From Cyanophora paradoxa CCMP329 (lineage: Eukaryota; Plantae; Glaucophyta): a DNA stretch of 64,000 nt. Both the position numbers and the translations under genes were made by a program. Where the stretch lies: contig QPMI01000088.1 in the NCBI GenBank assembly GCA_004431415.1, positions 62,001-126,000 on the forward strand. The letters are read 5' to 3'. Each line of letters starts with the position of its first letter. Position 1 is the stretch's first letter. A model generated the notes under the pieces. The model was not told the origin of the DNA, did not search any database, and saw only the letters and a list, made by a program, of their open reading frames with translations. Positions 34,143 through 47,666 of the stretch are shown here, piece after piece.

Positions 34143-37100
34143 ATGCTTGCGGCCGTCGCTGGTTGGGAGGTAGCCGAGGAGGTCGGCGATGCGCTCGGCG
34201 CCGCCTTTTGCGGCCCCGCCCGCGCCGGCGGCCTGCTCCGCGTGGTTCTCGTAGATGACGACGAGGACGGATGCTCAGGGGAGAGGCTGCTGGAACGGCC
34301 GCCCGAGCAGCTCTTCTCGCAGTCGCGGGAGCTGAAGCGCTTGCACGACTCCTCGCACGGCTTCTTCTTCCTTGGCGGCCTACGCGGCAGCGAGAAAGCG
34401 GAGCTGTACGCGCCGGACACCATCGAGCGCTTCGTCGCGTTCACGGACGAGCCGGACTGCCTGGAGCAGCTCTTCGCCGTCGAGGACCGCTACATCGTGC
34501 GCCATGGCGCCTTCCGCGCCGGCGCCGCCCGCCAATGACCGGCTCCGCCCACCGCAGAGCCTCCTTTCACTCGGCTCGACCGACGCGGAGGCCGAGGCCG
34601 AGAAGCGCGTGCTCGATGAGCGGCAGAGGCTGGGCGGCCGCCTCGACGCCCTGCGGCGGCGCTGCTGCGAGATTCAGCTGGAGGACTCCGACGGCGGCGG
34701 AGCCGGGCGCTCCTCCGTCGTGTGCCAGGCGGAGCTCCTGATCGAGATGCGGGAGGCGCGCGCGCGCGCGCGTGGCGCCCGCGCGCGGTCGCTCGCGCCC
34801 TGACCGCTCGCCCGCGCAGATCCTGGACGCGGTCGCGCCGTACATCGACGAGGACTACGCGCAGGAGCTCTCTGCGCAGCTTTCCGGCTGCGACCTGCTC
34901 CGCTCGGCGCTGCGGGCGGCGAGCGGCGACGAGGGGGCGGCCAACGCGGCGGCGACGCTCCGGCGGCAGGTGCTCTTCCTCGGGCGCCTGCGCGACGCGG
35001 CGGACGAGGCCGTCGACCGCAAGATCGCCGCCGAGCGGTGCGCCCGCCGCCCACGCCCCGCCTGCCCCGCCCCGCCGACACGCGACGCGCGCCGCGCTTC
35101 AGGGAGCGGGCGGGCCGGGAGCGGGCGGGGGAGCTGCTGAGCTGCCGGGAGGAGCTGCAGCGGCTCGGGGCGCGGGCCGAGGCGCAGGGCTTCACGGACC
35201 TCGCCGTCCTCGCCGCCCTCCGCCTCGCCCGCGCCCTCGAGGCCCCCGCCTACCGCTCCGCCTGCCTCCTCTACCTCTCCCGCCGGCGCGCCCCGTTCCC
35301 CCGCCCGGCGCCCGCGCCGCTCACGCCGGCGCAGCTACCGGGGCTTCCTCTCGCGGCCGGCGGGGGAGGGGCGCGGGGGCCACGTGCCGGGGCCGCGGCT
35401 GCAGATGTGGCCGGTGGGGGAGCCGCCCTCGCGGGAGGCGTACCGGGACCTGGTGGCCTCCCTCCCCATCGAGGACTTCCGCGCCCTCCTCGCCCTCCTC
35501 TCCCGGCCCCCGGGCCCCCCCGACCGCCCCGCCTCCTCCTCCTCCCCCGGCGGCCCCGCCTCCCGCCACCCGGGCCCCGCCGGCGCCCCTTTCTCCTCAC
35601 CCGGCGGCCGCTCGCGGCCGCTGGGGTACGTCGTGGCCTCGGGGATCGCGTCGGTGGGCCTGGCGCCGCGCTCGCCGGGCCCGGAGCCGCCGGCCGAGGC
35701 GCGCGTGAGCGTGCTGGTCTACCGCTCGCCGCCCCGCCGGGCCCGGGGCGCCTCCCGCGACGGCGTCGACCTCGAGACGTACGCCTCCTCCGTCGTCCTC
35801 CTCCCGCCCCAGCCCCTCCCGCTGCCGCCCTCACCGCCCACGGCGCCCCACCGCCGCCTCCCTCCGCCTCCGCCGAGGCCGCCGCCGCGCTCCGCTCGGC
35901 CGGCAGCTCGGCGCCCTCGACGCCGCTGCGCCGCGGGGCGGGGCCGCCGCCGCCGCCGGCGCGGGCCGGGGACCTGCTGGAGCCGCCGGAGTCGGCGGAG
36001 GGCTCGCCGCTGAGCGGGCACGCGCGGGCCAAGCTGGACGAGCTCACCTCCCTCGCCCGCCGCCTCCTCGACGGCCTCCCGCCCGCCCCGCCCCGCCTCC
36101 TTCGGGCCCTCCTCCCGCCGCTCCTCCCGCTCCGAGGCCGGCCCCGAGCCGCTCTCCCCGGTACCCCGGGGCCCTCCGCCCGCGCCTCCTTCTGCTACCC
36201 CGCGCCGCCGCCGCCGCCGCCGGCCCGGCCTCCCCGTTCCTGTCGGGCCCCGTCGGCCCGCCGGCCGCCTCGCGGCGGGCCTCCCTCGCCGAGCCCCCGA
36301 GCAGCCCGTAGGGGCCGCCCCTCGGCCTCCCGCTCCCGCGGCCGCCCTCCCGCCCCCGGCCCCTCCCCGCCGTCCGCGGCCGCCTCCACTCTTCCCCCGC
36401 ACCCCGCGCCCCGCCCCGGCCCCTCACCGCTGGACGCGGCACCGCCCCGGCTTTCTCCCCGCCGGCCCGGGCGGGGCCCGCCCCGGAGCCGCCCCGCCCC
36501 GCCAGCGAGGCCATCGTGCTGCAGCTGCTGGCGCAGCGCCGCGCCGCCGCTGAGGCGCCGGCCGCCCCGCCGGCCGCCCCGCCTCCACCGCCGCCCCCGC
36601 CGCCTCCGCCTGAAGAGGCGCGTCGGGCTGCGCTGGAGAGCCTGCAGGGGCGCGTGGCCGCTGCCCTCGCGGCGAAGGAGGCGGCAGAGCGCCGGGCGGA
36701 GCTCGAGCGCGCGGAGGCGGAGCTCGCCGCCGCGCGCGCCCGCGCCGAGGCCGCCGAGGCGGAGGCCGCCGCCGCCGCCGCCGCCGCCGCGCCGCGCCGC
36801 ATCGATTTCTTCGGGGTCGTGCGCGCACCGGCCCCGCTTCTTCGTTCCCCGCGCCTGACTTCCCCCTCTGCAGGCGGGTACGACGACCACGAGGAGGACC
36901 TGCTCCCCGGCTCGCCTCGCCCGAGCCGCCGGGCCTCGCCCACCCGCCGCCGCCCGACGCCGCCTCGCACCGCGCCCTGTCCCGCTCGCCCGAGGCCGCG
37001 CCCCGGGCCGCCCACCGGGAGGCTGGACCGGAGGCAGGCCGGCGGGCCCCGGACTGGGACGAGGGCCCTGAGGAGCCCCGGCGGGCACCGCGCCCTGCGG

Positions 37101-38500
37101 CGGCCCCGGAGCCCGCGGGGCCGCCCCCGCGGCCGCCCTCGCCCTCCCGGGTCGCCCGGCCCGGCGCCAAGTCGCCCGTGAAGTCCATCCTGAAGAAACC
37201 GCGCGCCCTGTCCCCGCCCTCCCGCTCCGCCAGCAGCTGACAATGGCCCGCGCGCAGGCAGCCGGAGCAGGCCCGCCCTCCGCCCCGCCCACCGCCCCGC
37301 CCCCCCCACAGCGCTCGGCAACGCCAACGCGCGAGAGGCCGGCGTCGGCGGCGCCGGCGCGCGGGCAGACTCCGCCGCGGGGGCGGACGCCACCGCGCGG
37401 GCGGCCCGCGACGCCGCAGCGGCAGCCGGCGGCCGCGGCGGCCGAGCGGGATGCGCCGCCGCTGGCAGAGGCGAGCGCGCGGCGGGCGCGGGAGAAGGCG
37501 GCGAAGGCGGCGGCGGAGCGCGAGGCGCGGGCACGCGCGGAGGAGGAGGCCCGCGCCTCGCGCCGGGCCGCGCTCCGCGACCTCCACGAGAAGGCCCGTG
37601 CCCTCGCCCGCCAGAGCGCAGAGCGCTCCCGCACGCCCCGCCGCGCCCGCTCCCCCTCCGCCGACGCGCCCCGGTCGGCCCGGCGCGCCTCGCCGCCGGC
37701 CTCGCCCGCCGAGCCATACTACGAGGAGTACGACGGCGCCGCTGGTCGCAGCGGCGAGGCGGCGGCGCGGGAGGCGCGGGAGCGGGCGGCGCTGCGGGCG
37801 GCGGCGGTGCGGGCGAGCGCGCGGATGCAGCAGCTGCAGCAGCAGCACGAGCAGCTGCAGCAGGCGCCGGCGGCCAGCGGGCACGCCCGCGGGGAGGCCG
37901 GCGTCCTGGAGGGCCAGCAGCGGGCGCGGGAGCGCTCGGCGGAGGCGGCGGCGAAGCTGAAGGCGGAGCGGGAGGCGGCGGCGGAGGCGCGGCGGGAGCG
38001 GCGGGAGGCGCTCTTCCGGGAGCGGGACCAGCGGCTCGCCGAGTTCCGCCAGCGCAAGGAGCGCGACCTCTGGCTCGCCCAGGAGGCCCTCGACCGCCTC
38101 GGCTCCGCCACCTCCGCCGGCTCCCGCGCCTCCTCGCCCCCGCCCGCCGCCCTCGCCTCCCCGAGCCCCTCCTCGCCCGCCGGCAGCCAGCGTTCGGCCG
38201 CCAGCCTGCCCCCACCCCCTTCGGTCCCTTCGGGGTCCGCGGGCGAGGATCGGCCGCCGGAGGGCCGCCCTCGACGGAAGTCGGTGCACTCGCATCTGCT
38301 GGCCCTCCCCTTCGCCTCACGGCGCCCTCGCGTGACCGCCGTGCGCAGAACAAGATCACCCCGGCGACCACGCCGCCCCCAGAGCGGATTCCAGAGCGGG
38401 CGGCAGCGCACGCGGCGCCGGCTCCGGGCCCCGCCGATCCCTTCTCAGAGCGAGTGGCCGACGAGCTGGCCGCCTACCTCGCCTCCCGGTCGCCCTGAGT
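34143..38500 (+). CDS. Large hypothetical protein (helical N-terminus, Pro-rich middle, coiled-coil C-terminus); end approximate, may be more than one gene
   Basis: Coding-like spliced exons from ORFs 34143, 34772, 35038, 35384, 36516 and 37243 with GT/GC-AG introns. Confidence 0.45.
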
Positions 38501-38624
38501 TCAAATGCCCTGACCGAGCTCAAATTCAAACGAGCGCCCTCTATCTGTCTACGGACATGCGCCGTTCTGCATGATTTCGAACGCATTATAGCTGTATGAT
38601 ACAAGAAATACAAGTCCTGCTTCG

Positions 38625-39145
38625 CTAGATGTCCATCGCACTTGTTGTTGGGTGCCGTTCTTCCCGCGCCACGCTCGCGTTGCACCCTATGCAGAAGAGA
38701 CGGTCGTGTGCCATGTCGTAACTGCAGCGAGAAGCGGTCCGTAAGCATGGGGCACCACGCCTCGAGCCTGGAGAGAGCCGCACTTGACGACGGAGCACTC
38801 GGAGCAGAAGACGTCCTGGCAGTGCTCGCACTGCCGCAGGCACATTTCGCAGGCTCGCTTCGAGCAGTAGGAGCACGGAGCATCTTCAGAGCGCTCCCTG
38901 CACACTCCGCACGGCACGCCCGGGGCGTATTGCCTGTGGTCAGACGCCCGCAGCACCGTCCTTTGTGCATTCCGCAGCACGAGCAGGGTCCTCTCTGCAG
39001 ACAAGATCAATCAGAGCAGCGAGGGACAGCACTGGCAAGTGCTCGGACCGTACGGCGAGAGCGCCTCAGGCTTCTTCGCCTTGGTGGGCGCGCGCGCAGG
39101 GTCCTCGCCGAAGGGGCTCCTACGCTTCGTGTATCCACCGTACAT
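38625..39145 (-). CDS. SIVA-like zinc-finger protein, 3 exons
   Basis: KRRSPF, YERTLLVL, then CGVC..CSYCSKRACEMCLRQCEHCQDVFCSECSVVNYDMAHDRLFCIGC, the Cys spacing of SIVA1. Confidence 0.75.
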
Positions 39146-39438
39146 GGCTCTTGTGCGCGTTTGCGGTGCCGGTGGTGGCTGTGGGGAGCAGGCGCTTTGG
39201 CGGCTTTGAACTGACCCGGGTACAGAGAGGGGGAGGGGGGGCAACAGGACCGAGCTGGTCTCTCTTGGATCATCAGGGACCGGCAATCGGCGCCTGCAGC
39301 AAGCAAACGCTACCGCTTTATTTCCAAGCTCCCCCGCCTCTCGTCCTCGGTACTTATCTTCTCTTTAGCTATCAGCTAGAGCGTGAGCTCGCACATCTCT
39401 TAGCTAGAGCGTGAGCTCGCACAGCGTAGAGCGCCCCG

Positions 39439-40577
39439 ATGCCGCGGCTGGAGCGGCTGCCGTCGTCAAGCGGCTTCACCGCCTACAAGTGGATCACGGT
39501 GACACCCCGGCGGACCGCGCAGGCAAAATCTGAGCAACAATCCCATGCAAATACGGCGCCACCTCCACCCCCGCCTCCTCCGCAGCCAATCCTCCCGCCC
39601 GTTGTGCCGCCAGCCCCCGCAAGGGCTGAGCCAGCCCGCTCCCCCTCCCCGGCTGCATCCCAGCAGCCTATGGAATGTCCTCGCAAACCAGTCGTCCGCT
39701 CGCTCCGACCCCCTCGCAAATTGGCCCTTCCCAGCGACCAGAAGTGTGCTCGTGTATCTTTCTCTCCCTGCACGACTGCGCGGCACTTCTCACGCGCAAG
39801 TGCAGGCCTATTGTAAGACCTTCTTTTCAGTCCGTCCTCGCGTCCTGCGCCAACGCTGCTGAGAGCGCCATCAAGTGAGCTTGCATCTATCGTGTTATTT
39901 CCACTGCTAATGGTTTGCAGAAATCTGCAGGCAACCCTCCAACCACCAGATCAGGCAGATGTGCTGTTGAAGGTCCAGTGCCGAAAGGTAAGCTAGTTTG
40001 CACGGGGGAGATTCGCCAATGTCAACTCAGTCATCTGCAGTTTACCGTGGGAAAATTCACATCTTCTTGGCCATCCACTGTGACCTTCTTCACGGATCGT
40101 GCCGAGTACTTTTTCATGCAGCAGCTGCCTTCGGGGGAAAAGGACAAGGTCAGCTCGCTCTGTGGCTTCCCGAAGTGCTAATGACCGTGCGACATGCACA
40201 GGTCCTGATGCAAATGTGGTATGCTGATATGGAGAGAGTACAGCTGAGTGATAGGAGGCAGACGCTCAAATTCAAAATCGGCAGGCCATTAGGTATCATT
40301 CCGTTTGGCGTTTGCATGCCTCCAACAGCAACTGATTGTGCCGTGTAGAGCACTTCCCCGCAGGCTACGATCATCTGGCACCTGAGCACAGCCTCTCAAT
40401 CGAGTTCAACTCAGCAGCCGACCTGCGTGATTTTCAACGTGATGTCTACGAAAAGCTCCTCCTTAGGTCAAAGCCCTGACCGTGCATGCTGTGATATGGT
40501 TGATGCCTCGCGGCAAATGTATTTCTATGCCTCAGTCTAGCCCATCAGCAATTGAAAGCTGGCCAGCCGCGCCCTGA
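39439..40577 (+). CDS. Hypothetical protein, Pro-rich N-terminus and putative PH-like C-terminal domain
   Basis: Spliced beta-strand pattern FTVGKF..VTFFTDRAEYFF..VLMQMWYADMERVQL..LKFKI..SIEFNSAADLRDF. Confidence 0.55.
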
Positions 40578-40854
40578 GCCGTGCCCTGAGACAGCCCTGC
40601 CCTCGATCTTAGCTTTATAATTAATTTTGTGACGCACGTTTCTTTTTTTTCCAATGAGCCCCCTCCCCCCCACGGTTTTCACCGCAGCGCTAGCCGCCTC
40701 CACCCGCGCCCGTACACGCGTTTAACGCGGCTCGGGTATTTGGTCTGGCGTGCATTCAAGCCCCAGAAGCTTATAATTAGACTGTATCGCACCGCGCCTC
40801 GCGCGCGCGAGTTCGCAAGGTCCTGTCAACGCTCAAACTCGAACGCGTCTCGCG

Positions 40855-42232
40855 ATGGTGCGAGCATCCTGCTTCGCCAAGCTCAAACCGTTTAAATGCG
40901 TCGCACAGCATGGCAGGAAGCGCACAGCCGGCGGGCCAAGCGAGGCGGAGATCCTCAAACTCAAAGCGAAGGCTGAGAAGTACGGCCAGCTCCGCGCGGC
41001 AGTTTTCAGGATGGCCCGCGCTCTGGCGTATTCAAGCGCTTGCGCTTGTGCTGACACGCGCCGCTCAGCGTGCGGACCGCGCGTGCAACGAGGAAGCGCT
41101 AGCGCTGACGGCCCAGTTCCTTGCGGTCTCTCCCGAGAACTACACAATCTGGAACTACCGTCGCGAGATCCTAAAGGAGCTCCTGAAGGACAAGTGCGTC
41201 GCCAGCCTGTGCCCGTGCAGTGATTCGCGAGCTGAAGGACGCAGGACGGAGGAGGAGTCGAAAGCCATCTGCAAGCAGGAGCTGTCCGTGGTTGACTCAG
41301 CCCTGGCCGTGAACCCGAAAGTCTACTGCCTTTGGTGGCATAGAAGGCACGAAAAGGACGTCGTGTACCTGCTCTGGCCTGCTTGATCGTGCTCTGCAGA
41401 TGGCTGATCGGAACAGGATTTTGTGACCCGCAACGCGAACTCCAGCTGTGTGCGAAGTATCTTGATTTAGATGAGCGCAACTGTAAGTGCAAGTGCATAT
41501 TACGTCTCCTTCATGCGCACCGACACTGATTGATTCATCCAGTCCACACCTGGTACTACCGCATGGACATGGCAAAGCTCGTTCGAGAGACCCCAGAAGA
41601 TGCTCTGGCGTTTACTACGAAGAAGATCAATCAGAACTGCAGCAACTACTCGGCATGGCACTTCCGGTCTAAGTTTTATCCTCAATCAATGCAGAAGTCT
41701 AGCCCAAAAGGAGATGCATGCCTGACACCCGATGTGCTGAAATCTGGTGAGAATGCTGAAAATCCTTTTGTTGTTTTCTACGCGTGCTTGATCGCTAAAG
41801 TGAACATGGGACCAGAGCTCGCACTGGTCCAGCAGGCGTATTTCACGGAGCCAAGCGATCAAAGTGCGTGGCTCTACCACCGCTGGCTACTGAATGAGAG
41901 CAAAGGTTCGATCCATCGTCATGAACCTTTTTTCCGTGCTCTTAGTATCGCTGCAGTTCTTCATCCTGAGGAACGCAAGGATCTTCTTCAACAGGAGTGC
42001 GCTCGAGTGGAGGAGCTGTTGAGTTTAGAGCCGGAGGCTAAATGTACGTGAGCCCGTGTTTCAGTCAGCTTCTCTCTGACAGTTGCTTCGGCCAGTTGCC
42101 CATCTCGCACGGATCAATATCCTTCGAGAGCTTGGCTTGGATGAGCAAAGTATATTGGATTCACAAGAGAAACTCGTGCTTATTGATCCCAAACGGCAAG
42201 CATATTATCGCGAGTGCTTTCCTAAAGCATAG
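40855..42232 (+). CDS. RABGGTA: Rab geranylgeranyltransferase alpha subunit
   Basis: M|HGRKR start; PPTA repeats PENYTIWNYRR, NPKVYCLWWHRRW, DERNFHTWYYR, SNYSAWHFRS, FTEPSDQSAWLYHRWLL; C-terminal IDPKRQAYY. Confidence 0.93.
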
Positions 42233-42395
42233 TATCTGCGCATGCTGGGATCCAGTTGTCTCTTTTGTAATCTACTATACATCGGTATCTCAATCGATAT
42301 CGTGTCTCATTGCGAATGTGCATGCGTGTGCCAATATGGACATCAGAGAGCTATAATTCGAACAGCAACTGCCTTTGAAAGATAGTCCTAACTAA

Positions 42396-44387
<1,992 letters not shown>

Positions 44388-44573
44388 TCTTCCGCCCGAG
44401 CTAAACTTTCTTCTCACCTGTACCCCACCTCAGTTCTTACCCCTTCTTTTTCCTGGTTCGCTTTGGCGCCGCCGCGGCGAGCGCCTGCCGCCTATGTGGC
44501 GTGCGCAGCGGTAACGAGCACACTCTTCTGACGCCGTTATCCCGCCCCCAGGCCGGTGAACGCATTCAAAACG

Positions 44574-45396
44574 ATGACGCAGCAGTTCGAGCAAGTCGGT
44601 GCGACGCCGCCCGTCTTGGCATGCGCCGAGAGCTGATTCAGTTTGCCTCATCCACTTTGCGTTTCTTGCCGGACAGGCCAGGTGAGCGGCCGTCCGCGCG
44701 CGCCGGCCGGCCATTCGCTTTATGTGCGTTCTGATTCGGCCTCTTCTCGCAGGCGTTCGTCCAGGTGAACACCGTCTGCACGGCGAAGTCGTGCATGCGC
44801 GCCGTCGTTGACCCCATACCGCTCGCCACCGCAGCACTACTACACAGTGTTCGACCAGGACCGCCGGCAGCTGCACCCGCTCTACGTGAGATCTTGTGGT
44901 TCTCATGTGGTCGCGCAAGCGCGCGCCTTCCTAAGCGCAACCGCAGCAAGGCGACTCGATGCTCACCTTCGAGGGCCAGCCCTTCCTCGGCACTGAGAAG
45001 ATCGTCGAGAAGCTCGTCGTGCGTCTCTGTTGTTCAGTGACATTATCTCGCTCTGAGCTGATGTGCATGAATACAGAACCTGAGCTTCCAGAAGATCGCC
45101 CACAAGGTGATCACCTGCGACTGCCAGCCCACCGCTGCCAACGGCATTCTCGTCTTCGTCGCTGGCGACCTGATGGTAAATCTCCGGCATCACCACACGT
45201 ATCGCACCTCGTCTGAACCCCTTGGGTTTAGGTCGACGACTCCCCCCACCCGATGAAGTTCAGCCAGGTCTTCAACCTGAAGCCCCTGCCCACTGGCAGC
45301 TACTACGTTTACAACGACATGTTCCGGTGAGAGAGCAAGCTCTCTCGTGTTTGCGATGCACTCCTGACATGATTTTTCAGCCTCAACCTTGGCTAA
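44574..45396 (+). CDS. NTF2: Nuclear transport factor 2
   Basis: MTQQFEQVGQAFVQHYYTVFD, SMLTFEGQ, KFSQVFNL, YVYNDMFRLN; includes 5-nt and 12-nt exons. Confidence 0.95.
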
Positions 45397-45421
45397 ATTA
45401 CTGTCAGAATAATCTAGCCAG

Positions 45422-45823
45422 GCGCAGCGAGTTACCTGCTGTTTCAATGATGCTTTTTCGATTCGTACATGCTCGCATGCATGCGGCGTCGACCTTCACT
45501 GTCCTGGCGGTTTTTGCCTCCAAGCGCAGGTTGCGAAACTCGTGGTTGATCTTCATGATGCGCGCGCGCCCGATCTAGGTCAAGATAGATAGATAGATAG
45601 ATAGATCATAAAGAGCACGCGGTCCGCCATCTGAAGACCTAGGAGACGGCCTAGCTCCGTATGCTATATGCGCATGCGTCACACACGGCGTAGTCGTCGG
45701 TGACTCGTCACATGCCAAGCGCAGCGAGTTACCTGCTGTCAATGATATATATCGATGCTTTTTCGATTCGCACATGTTCGCATGCATGTGGCGTCGACAT
45801 GCACTGTGCTGGCGGTTTTGCCG
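45422..45823 (+). repeat. Diverged ~100-bp direct duplication (45422-45519 and 45718-45823) around a (GATA)n tract
   Basis: Both copies begin GCGCAGCGAGTTACCTGCTGT and share GATGCTTTTTCGATTCG, CGCATGCATG, CTGGCGGTTTT. Confidence 0.85.
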
Positions 45824-45943
45824 CAAAGGGGCCGCCCCGAGGGGGGTAATCTAGATCTACGAGTGCACGGGAGCCGACCCGGCGGCAGCTGAGCTCGAGC
45901 TTGGTAGTATTGTTCAAGCTAAGGAGCTATAGCTAAGCGCGCG

Positions 45944-47180
45944 ATGCTCGCCGCCCTCTCTCAGCCACGCGGATCGGTGCTGGCGGTTCGTCGGCTCGCG
46001 ACGTCGACCGCGTCAGTCTCAGCGTCCAGCGCGGCGGCGCGGGCGATCGGCGGTTTCCCAGCCTATGCGCGACTCGAGACGCCTGTCTCCCATGCAGCAA
46101 CGGCCGCGGCTGCTTGGCTGCCGTGCCGCGCAATCCCCAGCCGCGGTCTGTCGAAGAAGAAGGGTGCGCGCGCGTCGAGCTCGCGTCCAGCCCGTGAACG
46201 TTAGCTTGGAGCTCATACGTCAGACGAAGGCGACAAGGACAAAGAGGAGGCCAGCGGGCCTCCTATGGAACCTTTCAAAGTGGACGAATACCGGAAGAAG
46301 ATGGACGTGAGTCTTGAAGTGCTGAAGAAGGAGCTTGCTTCACTGCAGACGGGAAGAGCCTTGCCTGGTTCGCTGCCCTGCAGTTTGGCTGCACGCAACT
46401 GGCTGACATGCCATTCGAATTCAGCATTGCTTGACAGTATCACGGTGCCCACGGGTAACACGCGGACCCCTTTAAACAAGCTTGGACAGGCAAGAATTCT
46501 GTCGTGCGCGTGACATTTGATCGCCTGACATTGCTGCTCAGATTACTGCACGAGATCCTCAGAATCTTGCTGTTAGTCTCTTCGATAATACGGTGAGCCA
46601 CTCAGTCTTCCCAGAGTCTTTCGCCTCCATTCGCTACTGATTGGTTCCCTCGGCGATAGCTCATTCCAATGGCTGCAAAGGCCATTTCAGAAGCTGGGCT
46701 AAGCTTGAACCCTCTCATTGAGGGTGCTGTAATTCGTGTGCCTGTGCCCAAGTAAGTGGCGCCCTCATGATCCTCGGCAATCAATCACTCATGAAAATGC
46801 AAAGACCTTCCAAGGAGGCCCGCGAAGGTCTCGCAAAGGTTGTTGGCAAGCACCAGGAACATGTGCGTGCTCAGAGCTCGTTTCTTTCTCCCGCATCCCA
46901 TCGCCTGATGCTCTTGTTCCGAGCAGGTGAAGCAGAGCATCCTCAAGGTCAGAAAGGACGGAATGGATTACATTAAAGCACTCGAGAAGAAAAAGGCTGC
47001 GTCCGAGAATGACCTGAAGCGTCACGAGAAGGATGTGTGTTGTCTGTCTTTCCCTGCAGCCCAGCAGTCATCAAAGCCCTGCGCTCACATTTTTCGCAGC
47101 TGCAAAAGGTCGTGGATGATCACACAAAGAAGGTCAATGACCTGTGTGCTGCCAAGGTGAAGGAGATTATGGCCAGCTAG
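45944..47180 (+). CDS. MRRF: Mitochondrial ribosome recycling factor
   Basis: Arg/Ser/Ala-rich presequence; LKKELASLQTGRA, LLDSITV, PLNKLGQI, AISEAGLSLNP, IRVPVP, SENDLKRHEKD; TAG 47178-47180. Confidence 0.88.
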
Positions 47181-47198
47181 TTGTCTGTTAGCAATTGT

Positions 47199-47372
47199 CT
47201 AGTTGTCTGTAGTCGCCGCAGCCGTGGGCCCAGCCCACCAGCGAGCTGGCCGGCCGGGCCCTGCATGGCCCCCTAAGGAGAGCGCCTCCCCACAGACACT
47301 GGCATCACGTCTAGAGGCGGCGGGTGGTTGTCTCGGGGCGGAGGCGGGAGACCCTACGCTAGTTGTCTGTAG
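47199..47372. mobile_element. Putative short insertion (~146 bp) flanked by a 14-bp direct repeat
   Basis: CTAGTTGTCTGTAG at 47199-47212 and 47359-47372 flanks a GC-rich insert just after the RRF stop. Confidence 0.45.
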
Positions 47373-47666
47373 CAATTTGAACCAATATTTCCTGAAAAGC
47401 CTTGAAGTGAGATTATCCTCGAGGTGGCCCAGTGGCACTGCGGCAAACTTGGTGACGTCGACCTAATCGATGTATACGTAGTAATCGCAATCCGATGATC
47501 GAAGACGCCCAACCTAGCTTCGTCGACATCCAACCCCTAATCGTAATCGCAATCATTGAATTAAAGCCTTGAAGACGTCCAACCTACCAGGGCAAGGCGT
47601 GGATCATACGGCCCAGGGGAGGCGCGGGGGTACAAGGCGTCTGTTCTTTCGGCCCAATTGCAAACC

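Noticed and set aside
29279-38371. Very long Arg/Pro/Gly-rich ORFs (711, 775, 623, 606 aa and similar)
   Set aside because: Shadow or intron-read-through ORFs caused by stop-codon scarcity in extreme-GC DNA
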